DNA of 64,000 nucleotides from Geosiphon pyriformis uo1 (taxonomy: Eukaryota; Fungi; Glomeromycota): assembly GCA_016748015.1 (NCBI GenBank), contig JAAOMT010000098.1, positions 133,950 to 197,949 of the forward strand, given 5' to 3'. The notes below the pieces were generated by a model, which was not told the DNA's origin, ran no database searches, and saw only the letters and a program-made list of their open reading frames with translations. Positions 51,310-64,000 of this stretch are shown one piece after another. Position 1 is the first letter of the stretch. Every line of letters starts with the position of its first letter. A program made the position numbers and the translations under genes.

Positions 51310-54300
51310 ATTCTTTCTTTTATTGATCTCTTGATTACAACAGAAGTAAAGATTTATCAAAGATTTATTTAGTTTTTTTTCTTCTTTTTTTTTGTATTTC
51401 TTTAATTATTTCTTTTAATTTATCTTTTTTTATTATAATAGAACTGGTAAACTCTTCTGTTAATGGTTTTGGTTTGGGTTTGGCTAGTTTAAAAACCTGT
51501 TCAAACACCAAGAAAAAATGTGCAGAGAGTATTTATTCTTACAGTATGTCTTATAAGAAACTAAAAAAGCTTAATACAGATATCAGTATAATCAATTTGT
51601 TTATTGGTTTTTAAAGTCTTAAAGATATTAGTGTCTTTAATAAAACTCTGTAGTGTTTTGAAATAACAAAGTTAATAAAAAAGCCAGTAATATTAGCAGT
51701 TTATTGGATATGAAAAATATGAAGAATATAGTGACTAATAAAATTAACTATACAAATTCAAATAATTTAATAGTCATCAATAATATGGATAATATTATAT
51801 TGCAGAAAACTCACACTTAAACATATGTATTGAGTTATTTACCAAAAACTTTTTTATTTGTAAATTTTAACAATAACAACAATATTTTATTGCTTCTATT
51901 ATTTAAGTTTAATAGTTCTAAACAACTTTTATTAGTTAAGTCATATGTGTCAAAAAAATAGAGTTTTAATTTGGCAAAATTATTTGCAATAAATATTGAG
52001 TTGTTTATCATTTTTGGCAAAATTAATAGTAATAAATTATTATGTGTAAAAAATATTTTCTATTGTGTAAATAGTTTTGGAGAAGCTTTTACTTTCTCAA
52101 AGTTTCCAAAAATAATTAAATATTCTTTTACATCTGAGTTGAGTTTAAAAAAAACTAAAAAGATGGCTGTTAGTAAGAAAATTTTAATTAATAATAATAT
52201 AAAAAAACAAATAACTACACAGATCAAATCATAATTATTAAGAAGATTCCAGTAGATTTTCTCAAAATTGACAAGATTATTTCAATTAAAATACAGCTTA
52301 TTGGTTTATGACAAAAGATTCTAATAGAATTTGAGTCATTAGATAGTGCTAGTTTGGTTGTATCTAAGTAGTTTATTCTTATAGAAAAAAACTCTGTACA
52401 TGTGGTTTTGGTAATTAGTAATAAACAGTTGTGGATTTTAAGAGATTTTTATTGAGCTTTGTTGTATATTCTGCTAATTAGCACTACTGTTCATGATTTT
52501 TTTAATTTGTTAGAATTATACAGTAAAAAACTTGTTTTATTGACTGTAATTCCAATTTATATGTATATAATAAATGTGTTATAATTTGTTTTGTTAATGA
52601 AGCATTCAAAAAAACTGCTATTAGTTCTATTCTAGTTTTTAAGCATGTAAATTTGTGCTAAACTGGTCTTTCTTTGGTCTATTGTGCTTAATATAAACAA
52701 TTTGGTCATATTTTTGGTATATGTTCAATAAATAAGAATTTGGGTAATTACAGTAAACAATTAGTTATCTTTTAAGATTAGATGAATTTATTAAATATAT
52801 AAAAAAAAAATAGGCATTAATTATTTGTCTGGTCTTATTTAATAAAAAAACTTAAACTCAAATTGCTGAAAATTTTATTTCTTATGTAGTGTTTTCAGTT
52901 TTTCTGCTGAATTCTTTTAATATGAATAATAGATTTGTCACTTTGAGTATAATTTTACTAGTCTTATAAAACAAATTGACAAGCTGACTAAAAAATTAGA
53001 TGCACTTGGGCCAATGGTTTTTTAGTCTAGCTTTGAACATTAACTGTTGGTAATTATTTTATTACAAAATCAAAGAGCAAATATAATAATAAGTAAGAGT
53101 TTAAGTGTATTTATTAGTAATAAAACTGTTGTGAAAACAATGTTTATAGATTTTTTTGTAGTTTCTAAATTGAAAGACAGTTTAATAAGTCTTTCAAATA
53201 TAATTATAAGTCTTTTAACCAAAATAAACAATCTTGTTTTAGGATCAAGATTTCTTTTTTCTTAATAACTAATCTTGTTTAAAAGTTTGCTATATGTAAT
53301 ATTAGAGATATTAATGTTTTTGCTAAGCAGAAAAATATTGTTTATTAGCATATAGATTCAAATAATATGGTTTCTATTATTATTAGAACAAAATTAAGGT
53401 CTATTATTAGGCTCTAGATTGTAAACAAGTTTAATAGAATGTGAATTTTTACATCTGGTTTAGATAAAAACTTTTTGAAGCTAGAGTAATAATTATTATA
53501 AACAATTCTCTGGCTTAATATGTTTCTAAAATAGAAGAAGTTTTTGGTTATGTTGTTTCTGTATGGTTTTTTTTCAAGAACAGATTTTTAATTATGATTC
53601 TTGGTTTGTATGCTGGTGCTTCTGCTGAGGTCAGATTTGTTTTAGCTTTAGAAGTTAACTTTTTTATAGCTAAAACAGTTAACTTCAGTAGTTTTGTGGT
53701 TTTGAATAAGAATTTTAACAAAAATAGATCTTGAAAAAGTGTAAATTTTAAGTTCTGTTTAAATTTAAATTTGGTCAATGCATTTAGTAGATATTTATTA
53801 GTTAATGTTTCTATTTGAAGCAACTTAAAGAATGTTAAAAAGATCATTGATTACATTTTTGTAAATAAAGATTTGTTATCTGCAATTGCTAATCATAAGA
53901 TTAAATTTGCATTTGAATTTTTCAATACTAATTACAAGGCTGTTTTAGTTTTGATTAGTTTAAGTAGTCTTTTAGATGTTTAATTGAATAATATAAAAAA
54001 GCAGTCTAACAAAAATCACTGAAAGTTCAGAATAAAAGACATAAATAAAATTAAGTGAACTTATTTTAAGAAATATTCTTCTAATAAATTGTTAATTTTG
54101 ACAAATATGTTTATAAAAACAGAGATTTCTGGAAATTTAGATTTAATATGAGAAGTATTAAAAAAGGTAATAGTAAATTTAGTTAACAAAATTTTTTCTA
54201 GACATTGGTATAATATTTTTAATTGCTCAAGGAACAAACAGTCATCAAAATTTTTTAAGTTAAAATTGCTAACTGTTAAAATGGCTAAAGCTCTAAAGTC

Positions 54301-56478
54301 AAAAAATGTGCTTAAGTTGGAATTTCTATTTCATACTTAATTGGCCATTAATAAAAACAAAGCTTTGAAGATATAAAACTTGATTCAGAATAGCACCAAG
54401 TTAATAGAAATTTTCAACTGCTTGTTTAATATATAAAAAAGTTATCTCAAGTCCAAAATACATAAATTTAAAACTTCTGAAAATACTGTTATCAAATGTA
54501 CAATCAAGAAAAAAATGAGAAACTTCTGTTCAGACAAAAGATAGATAATTAAAAATATATTAAAAAAGTTTTTTTATAAGATGGTGTTTGATTATTTAAT
54601 AGTTGATAATAAATTGGTTCTGAAATTTAAGAACATTAAGATTAAAGTTAATACTATTATAGAGAGTTAGACTAAAAAGTGTGTGGTTTTTGAGTTTTTG
54701 TCTGAACTTTAGACTAATCAGTATGCTCTTTTAAATCATATGAACAATAATGCATTTTCAAATGTTATAAAGATTATCAATTTTGAAAAGTTGGTACAGA
54801 TGTTTAAAAATTTGCCAAATGAAAAAGCTGTTAATTTAAGTGATATTTTTAATGAATAGTAGAAACATTGTAATAATGATATGCTTAGATGTTTTTTGAG
54901 TCTTTTGAATATATGTTTGACTTTGAATATAGTTTTGGCTTTGTAGAAAAAAGCATAAGTTTTAATGATTTCTAAGCCTTATAATTAGAATGAAATCTTA
55001 ATAAACATTTAACTTATTGCTCTAATTGAGATAACCAGGAAAATTTTTTCTAAGATTTTTTTAAATCGAATTTTTTTTGCTTATAGCTGTTTTAATGTGT
55101 TTTGTGGAGACAACTTTTCTGTCTTGAAAAATATTTTAACACAATTACTTATTTTTACTGTCAGATTTATAGTTAAAGATGTTTTAAAAAAGAACAAAGA
55201 AATTTGGTTGGTTTTATAAAACATGTAAAAAATGTATAACTCTGTTAACTGAGCTTATTTAAGAGCTAATTTGTGATACATTAAAATATGTAAAAAGTTT
55301 ATTGGTTTTTTTGGTATTATTTATAAGAATAAAATAAATAAAATGATAACAAATTTTGGTCTTTCTGGTAGTTATTAGGTGCATAATGATCTGAATTAGA
55401 ATAAAATGTTCTCTTCTTTTCTTTGAAAAAATTTTTATAATCTTCTTTTATATAAGGTAAAGAAACATAAACATTTGTGTAAATACTGTATTAACACTAG
55501 TTTTGTGGCTAAGACAGATAAAATTGAAATAAAAAATAAAAAAACTTTTTTTTTTGCAGCTGGTATTTTTGTTGATAACACTATTTGGATTGGAAACAGT
55601 CAGGCATCTACACAATATATATTAAATATTGTCAACAAATTTTTTTTGATTAATAATATTTCAATTAACAATAATAAGACTATGACTATTCTCATTAATT
55701 ACATAGTTAAGAATGTCATTTTGAAGATCAGTAATTTGCTGATTTTAATTGCTAAGAATAGTAAACCACATAGATACTTAAAGATTTTTTTGTTAACTGA
55801 AGATCTATTCAGATTTAGTTTGGTTAAAACTTACTCTAATGTTAGGTTTTTTTTCTAATGTGGTGTTAAGAAAAGTAATTACTAACAAACAGTTCTTATA
55901 TTTAATATTAGCAGTTTTATAGTCTATTATTAACTACTGGTCACAGCTTAGTTTTGTTTTGTTTTATTTAATGTATGTTATAAATAAAATACTATGATTA
56001 AAAAAGATCTCAAGTTAAAAACCAATTTGCTAAGAGATTTTTTCAATAAGGCTTTGCATCATCTATTTCTATATAATTTAAAGTCTTTTAACCAAATTTA
56101 GATTGAAAGAAAATTAGCTTTATTGGTTACTTTTTTTAATGCTTCTAGTATTTTTAAGCATTTATTTGAACACAGATTTTTGAATTTGCAAATTTTAAGG
56201 TACTTTTTTAAATTCTTTGCAATTTTTTGTTAAGCTATATGTCAGTTTAGTAACCAATTTTTTAGCTAAAATAGTAAAAATTTTTTTACTTAATGAGTTA
56301 TTTATTATAAACAATTTGCTCAATACATTTTGCAATCTGAAAAATTTTTTAATGTTAAATATTTTGGGTAAATTCTTATATTATAATTCAATGTGCTCTT
56401 CAAAATAATTTAGTGTTATATTTGATAACAGATTTCTGGACAAAAAGAGTAGTATAATGAATTAAAAAACTTTTTATA
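51310..56478 (+). mobile_element. LINE copy f, 5'-complete, 3'-truncated before RNase H
   Basis: 5' end and ORF1 N-terminus like copy b; junction ATAA at 53265-53268; AAGIFVDNTIWIG; stops abruptly at ~56478. Confidence 0.9.
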
Positions 56479-56480
56479 TA

Positions 56481-59400
56481 ATTAATGACTAAAAAACTAT
56501 AAATAAAGCCAAATTTGTATTAGTTAAAAACTACTAAATAGTAAAATATTTATTCAATAAATTCTAATAAACAGAAAAATCTAAGCTGTAAACAAAACTA
56601 TAATCTAAAAACTTTATTTTATTATAATATACATACAATACATTTGAATAACTGTAATTGTATAAGTGTTTTCTAATTATTATTGGCAATCTTTTGTGTA
56701 AAGTTTTTATTAAGTACATATGTAAATTAGTAATAACTTTGTTTATGTATTTAAAAGCCATATAAAAATTAGAATGTCAAACTGAAACAGTATATTTTTA
56801 ATTAATATTACTAATATGTAAAAGATTTATAACATTAAAATTCAATCTAACTTTCTATTGAAAATGTTTTATAGTATTATTCATAGTTCTAATAAAATAA
56901 TGAATATTATTAGACATTATTTTATTATCAGCTATTAGAAAATTTTTTTTAATATTACTGAAAAGACAAGTCTTAAAGAAGTAGTCTAATCTGCCAACTT
57001 ATTAGTATGCTCATTGTTTAATACATCCAAATAACCTTTTATCTTGGTTTAATTTACAGAAATATTTTTATTTCTGACCAAATTATTAATATAATAGTGC
57101 TTTATTCAATATTTGTTGTAAAAATTAGGTGTTATTAATTTTAATTTAGCTTAATATGTATTTAAAAAAGTTTAACTGTTAGAATAAATTGTAACTTTAA
57201 ATAAAATTGGAATAAACTTAAGAGTTAGAGCAATAATTTATATTTCAGCCAAAATTAAAGACAACAATTTATTAATTTTTATATTTGTATACAAACTCAG
57301 ATCAGAAAAATAGGCAATTATATTATTTATAACACCAAAAAGCCAAAGTTTTTAACTAAACTATCAATGTAAATTGAGATTTTAAGCAAAAATACATTCT
57401 TTAAATTAGAACAAATAATATCAAAGTCATATGTATTAATCACACTTATCTTGAAAAAGTGTTCAAAAACAGATAAAAGATCTTAGAATAAATCAAATCT
57501 GTATAAACTAAGAAGAAACAAAACTTTAAAATCCAATTATTTCTATTAACAAAAATTTTTTCAAACAAAATATTCTCTATAACTATTCAAAAATTGGTTA
57601 GTAAAAATAATGCCAAAGCATTTTAAAAATTTATAAATTCGAAAATAATCTATCTAATTCAGAATATTCAAAATAAAAATGTTATGTTTAAGATAAAAAG
57701 CATTGAATAAATTAATGAACAAAAATATATTATTGTGCAAAAAAATTTTAGTAATATTAGCCAAAAAATTGTTTATAGAATTTATTTTTAACTTGATAGA
57801 AAACTGAAAAATTTTTTGAGAAATTCAATTTATGATCTGCAAATTCAATAATTTGTGTTTAAAAAGCCAGCTAAAAATATTTTTAATATTAACAAAATTT
57901 ATTACTAATGCCATTTTTTTTTCTGTTTAAACTTGATTAAAAAACTTTAAATTATATAAAAATAAATAATAAATAGCTTTGTTAAAAAAGTTTTTAGAGA
58001 AACTGGTTTTAGACTTTAATATCTTTTTAGTTAAACAATTCTACTTATTACACATACTTTTACTAATAAAGCTAAACTGTATTTTGTATTCAAAAATAGG
58101 CTGTAAAACAACTAAACCAAATAAAAAAATTGTTTGTCTAATATAGCTTTGTGTAAAATTATAAATAAAAAATACTTTATTTTTAAATTTGCTTTTTTCA
58201 AATTTGAGCCAAAAAAACTTTTAGTTAATAAAAAAATACTTAAATACTAATAAGCTTTGTCAGTTTTTGCAATTGAAATAAAAGACTCATTTATACTTAA
58301 AAAAACATTATTGGCTTTTAAATTGATTAAAATAAACTGTTTTGTTTATATTTATTGAAATATTCATAATATCAAAAAATTTACTAGCAATATTCAAGAT
58401 ATTCTGTATTGTTGTTTTACAGCTACCAATCTAAATTGTATTATTTACAAAAGCACCAGTTACTAAATAAAAAATCAAATCAGCATTAAATTTAATTTTA
58501 CCAGTTCTAATAATAAATCTGAAATTTACTTAATATCTAAACAAAGATTCATTCTTTTTTATTTCACATAAGAAAAAATTGTAAAAAATTCTCTAAAAAG
58601 AGACAAAAAAACTTTATTCTAATCAAGTTTATCATAAACTTTATAATTTTTAAACAAACTAAAATTTTGTTATAATTCTATTTAAATAATTATTGTAAAT
58701 ATGACCAAAAAATTTCATAAACTTGTTACATATTTTTATTTAATTAAAACTGTTTTTCAAATGTAATTAACTCATTGAATTATAAGTTTTGTTCATGTTT
58801 TAAAGCATTAACCAGATTTTTATATTTTTTTTTAAAGCATTTTTAATAACAGATCTAATAGCAAAAATAAAAAACTGAATTGAAATGCTTTTTAAAACTA
58901 AAAAATTGTCTTTGTATAAATTTTTGTATTTGTTATAAATCTTAGAAATACAATTAAACAAAATCTTTGAAAAATTTTTTCTTGTAATTTTAATAAAAAC
59001 AATAAATTTGATATTTATTAAAATGTTTTTTTATTTATATAGTTTTGAAATCATAAATATCCAGATTTTTTTTAAATATCAAAAATTAATTTAAACATTA
59101 AACACAAATTAAGTAAATATAATAAACAATTTAAAACAAATTTGTAATTATGTTTTCATATTTTATTAGAAATACCAGACAATTTAGTAGTTTTACTATT
59201 AAGAAAATTTTTGATTACTAATAAAAACTTATTAAAACTAATTTACAATATTATACTAAAAAATATATTATTATTAATATACTTAAAAAGTGCAATTATT
59301 TCTGCCAATAAAAAAAATAGTAGCTTTAACTATATATTTTCTGGTTCAATTTTTCATAATTAAATCAATTTTATACTTGATCAAATTGAATTTTAAACTA

Positions 59401-62400
59401 GTTATTATTATCAATTAAATAATTTAATATAATTTTTTTGAAAAATTTTTTTAATACATTTTTTTTTATTTGATTCTTATTATTAACAAAAGCTTTTATG
59501 TATTAAGTAATAACAATTTTAATATAAAAATTCTTAATAGTTTTAGATTTTGACATTTTATAAGACTTATAAATTTTTTTAGAACAAGTCAATAATTATT
59601 TAATTAAAACTTTATCATAATTATTATTCAAGAATTTTTTGAATTTTACTGTTTGATTAGAATCCAAAAAAAATCACTTGTTGACTAAAACTTAAAGTTC
59701 TTTTAAATTTTCTAACCAGTATGATTTTAAGATTCTTAATACCAGCAATTCTAGTCTGTAAAACTTAAAAAATACAGCACTTTTGGCCACTTTATTATTT
59801 TAATACAATGTTTTGAAAAAGCAGTATTAGCTATAAAGCACACTATTCTACTAAGCAGCTGCTATATTCTATTAAAGTCAGCTTTTTTTTTGTAATCATC
59901 AAAGTTTTTAGCAATAGCCAAAACAGCAGCCAACAACAAATTCTTAAACTTTTTCTAAACTTTCTTATTAATCTTATAAATTTTGTATTTTCATCTATTT
60001 TTAATGAGTTGTTTATGTATTAAATTAAGTTAAGAACCAAAAAATTTTTCCAAACTAATGTTCATTAATATAACAAAATAATTAATATTAAAAAATTTAT
60101 TTGAATAGTAAACTTGTTAATTAGAAAACAAACTTTAAATACTATCATTAATTAAAACAAAGTCTATGTATTTTTTAATTTTTTTAAAATTAAACTATAT
60201 AAAAAGCTTATACAATAAAAAACTATTAAGAAAATTAAATAAACTTATATTCAAAAATTTTCTAAAACTTATACTGTAACCAGAATTATTTTTATTGAAG
60301 TTACTACTAAGAACTATATATATACTACTATTTAAAGCTTTAACTATTATAGAATTAATGTTACTAATCTTGTAGAGTAAATTAATCAGCTAGCTAAGAA
60401 GTTAAATATATTTATGTCAATAGTTTTTTAGTTTAACTCTAGATATTAGTTGTTAATAATTTCTTTATTACAAAATTAAAGAATGAATATAGTGATGAAT
60501 AAGAGTTCAAATATGGTCATTAACAATAGAACTATTATTAAAGCAATATTTTTAAATTTATCAAGTTTTTTGAAATTAAAAAATAATATAAAGAAATTGT
60601 TAGATATGATTTTAGGACTTTTAGTCAAAATAAACAATTTTGGTTTGGTTTTAGGCTTTTGCTTTTTTCAATAACCAGTCTTATTTAAAAAATTATTACA
60701 TGTAATATTAAAGAGATAAACAATTCTGTTAAGCAAGAAAATATTATTTGCTAACATAAAGATAAGACCAATTTTGTATCTATTATTACAAAAACAAAAC
60801 TGAAATATAAGATTTGTTCTTAAATTATAAGAAAATTTAAAAAGATTAAAATTTTTACTTTAGAAATCAACTTCAATTATTTAAGTTTTGGTGTTGTAAT
60901 AATAATTAACAATAATATTGCTAAACATATATGTAAAATATTAAAGATTATTGGTTAACTTTTGTCAATATGTTTGTTATTTAAGAATTATTTTTTTATT
61001 TTTATTTTAGGTTTATATATTAGTGCTACTTTAAAAAAAAATAACCCAGTTTTATAAAATTGTGCTCAAAAACAGTGAATTTATTATTTATTTTTAACAT
61101 AATTAGTAAAAAAGACTTTATTTCTATAGAAAAACCAATTTTTGAAAATTTATTATACAGAAAAAAAGAGAAAAATAAGAAACTACCAACAACTTTTGCC
61201 CAAAAAACTTTACTAAAAGAAATTAGATAAATAATAAAAGCTAAATATTTAGTGTAAATAATGACAAGTCTGTTTTTATTTGTTTTTAAAAGAATTTTAT
61301 AAGAAAATTTATCTAAAAAAACTTTTCTACTATTAGCATAATTAATTAATATATAATCTAATTTCTTATATTTAGCATATTTGGTTATATTCAAATAAAA
61401 CCAATACAAATTGCACTATTTAGAACTGGTATGATATTTATGATAACATTTAATGAATTAGCAAAATTAAAACAAATTACTATATACTTGGCTTGAGTAT
61501 ATATAACAAAATAATAATTAATTACACATGTTTTCTTATCTATAAATTTAATAAAATCCTAAATATTATGTGTATTTGTTTTTATTAACAGTATATAGAG
61601 CAGTATTCTATTATAATTCTTTGTGGTTTATGTTTTTTTGTTCATATTAGTTTTAACAATTCTTATAAAATTTTTTCTAATTAAGATAGATTATTTTGCT
61701 ATAATTAAATTAACATAATTAGATTGCTCAAATTCAATCATAGTCTTCTGTAATATTCTTATTAATTGTATTTTAATTAACACAATTATCCCAAATTTAG
61801 ATAGCATAGTATACACAGTTTTAATTAATGTTCTAATTGGTATTTTTTTAATTATTACAGTTTAATTTAAACACTTAGCAAATTTTCTGAGATTGGTATT
61901 TATTAAATGTTTGTAGTTTTTGTCTTTTTATTGCTCATGTTAAGTTTAATTTAGAAGTAAATAATATATAAATAATCTTAGTAAATTTTAAGGAAATAGA
62001 AATTTCTCTAAAATTATTGATTTAAAAAACAAATTTCTAATCATTTTTAACTTTTTTTAAGAAAACTTTTTTATTATAGTATCTAAACTAATATTTAAAA
62101 TAAAAGATTTTCTAACAGACACATTAATTAAATTTTTAAAAAAAAAACAAAATTACAGAAATATTCAAAAGAACATTATTTTTATTTTTACTTATAAACT
62201 TAATTTTTTTAAAAAATGTGTTTAATGCTTTTTTGGTTACCAATCTAAGTTTTTTAGATGTCTGATTTAAGTTGTTTTTATTCAAAATATCTTTTTTGTT
62301 GTAATTTACACTGGTTTTTTTCAAAAAAAAAATTTTTTTATATTAATACTATTAAATTCAATAGTATTATTGGTCTCAAAATTCTAAAAACAATCAATTA

Positions 62401-62671
62401 TTTTCTTGGCAAACAACTTTTTATTAATAATATTAATTTTTAAAACATTATATTTTCTTTTTTTTCTAGAAAAAACATTCTTGTTAAAAATATTAAAACC
62501 AAAGTTTTTGGCAAATTTTTTTATAATAACAATATTAAAACCAATAATAGTCTTATAATTAAATAGATATAGTTTTGATTTATCAAATTAAATAGTATAT
62601 AATAACAATTAAAAACTTTTTTATTAAAATTAAAACTTTTTGATAATTATTGAAATAAATAAAAGAAAAAA
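56481..62671 (-). mobile_element. LINE copy g, minus strand, most decayed, 3'-truncated, with internal inversion 60361-61055
   Basis: 5' end and ORF1 like copy d; minus-strand APE/RT/RNase H remnants (GAFVNNTI, HKRLPI); ORF1/ORF2 junction segment lies on the plus strand. Confidence 0.88.
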
Positions 62672-63698
62672 TTAATAAATTTAATTAAAAAAATATATTA
62701 TAAACAGTATAAATTTTAATTAAATACTTATTTAAAAACAAAATTTAAAAATTTAAAAATTATTTATTAAATTAATTTTTAATAGAAAACAAATTAAACA
62801 GAAAAACAAAAAATTAAATTCAATAAAATTTAAATTATTTTTGTTGTGTTTTAAACAATATTTTTTTGATTATTGTATTAAATATAAATAATTATTTATA
62901 TAATAAAAAAAATTTTGACTATTTTATAAAAAAAACTACTTTTTTATTATAAGTTTGAGTAAATAAATAACAAAAAAAATTATTAAAAATAAATGAAATA
63001 ATAATAAAAAAATTTAATTAAAACAGTAAATTAAATTTGTAAAAATTAATATACATAATTAATCTTAAAAGTTATTAAACTTAAATATATAGATATGTTT
63101 AAAATAAAAAATTAAATAAGCATTTAAATAAAAACTTGTTAAATACTTGTATAAAATAAAAACAAATAGTTTTTTTAATTTATATTGCTTAATATAAGTT
63201 TAAATTATTAGTTATATATAAAAAATGTGTAAGTAATATTTTTGTTACATATTTTAAGTTTTAATTAAATTATATTTAATTAAAAATAACATTATTAAAT
63301 TTGTTTTATTTATAAATTAAATATATAAACTTATTTAACAAGTTTAAAATTAATATAAAGTTACATAGATATATGCAAAGAAATATATTTAATACTGGTT
63401 TAATTTTTTCTAATTTTAAAACTTACAGTTATTTTTATTTTAAAATAATAAAACGAATTTTATTCAATATTAAAATATATAAAACAATAATAATCTTAAT
63501 TTAACAAAACAAAAATAATTTAATGAATATTGCATAATACAATAATTATTAAAAAAACAAATATATTATAGAGTAAAAACTCTTGTTACCTAAATAGTAA
63601 ATTTATACTGATAAATCAAAGATCTGAAACGTCATTGACACGAACCAAACATATATTAGGCCATATCTTCCCAAACCATAACAAACACGCATAACACC

Positions 63699-63987
63699 AT
63701 GGCTAGTGTCGACAGAATCGAACATCAATTAGAGGTGACTACGACCGAGTATAGGAGATGCGTGGAGAAGCTAGAGAAGTTTATGGAGGGTAAGAAGGGA
63801 GATAGATTAGAAGAGTTGAAGAAGAATCTGAGAGAGAAGGAGGATGTAGACGAAAAGCAAAGGAAGAAGTGGATAGAAGAAAAGGAAGAGTTGGAAGAAG
63901 AAGTGAAAGAGCTAAAAAAGAGTAAAGATAGATGGGAGTTGCAGATGGAAAAATTACAAGATCACTTTATAGAAACTAATAAGACAG
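63699..63987 (+). CDS. First exon of an apparently intact gene with a Glu/Lys-rich coiled-coil N-terminus; continues beyond the window
   Basis: ACACCATGG context; open frame MASVDRIEHQLEVTTTEYRRCVEKLEKFMEGKKGDRLEELKKNLREKEDVDEKQRKKWIEEKEELEEEVKELKKSKDRWELQMEKLQDHFIETNKTG; probable donor AG/GTAAC at 63988 (the frame also stays open to the end); CpG retained; absent from the ORF track because there is no stop. Confidence 0.8.
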
Positions 63988-64000
63988 GTAACGACTTCGT

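Noticed and set aside
13-62443. The many short ORFs in the track, especially antisense ones, as independent genes
   Set aside because: They are fragments or shadow frames of decayed TE ORFs.

Overview
AT-rich eukaryotic window with GT-AG introns and poly(A) retroelements, almost entirely a nested graveyard of transposons. A fungal origin, probably Glomeromycotina/Geosiphon-like, is my recognition of the protein families and is unverified. Contents: (1) seven copies of an APE-RT-RNase H non-LTR retrotransposon (LINE) with a CCHC ORF1, an ATGA stop/start overlap, a conserved ~130-nt stem-loop 3' UTR and an A-tail; three copies are full length. (2) One ORF1-only element fused directly to the same 3' tail (HAL1/'half-LINE'-like). 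(3) A decayed minus-strand Ty3/Gypsy element (gag-CCHC, protease, dUTPase, RT) that can be re-assembled in frame across two LINE insertions. (4) A second Gypsy gag relic, three solo LTRs (two with clear 4-bp TSDs), a 5' LTR with a PBS-like site, and a pogo/DDE_1 transposase relic. All repeats show massive C>T/G>A decay in graded amounts. Only two islands keep CpG: 9.4-12.3 kb (a rearranged intron-containing pseudogene bounded by ~360-bp inverted repeats, with a hairpin array) and 63.6-64 kb (start of an apparently intact coiled-coil gene). No rRNA, tRNA or CRISPR was found. Coordinates were read by eye and may be off by a few bases.
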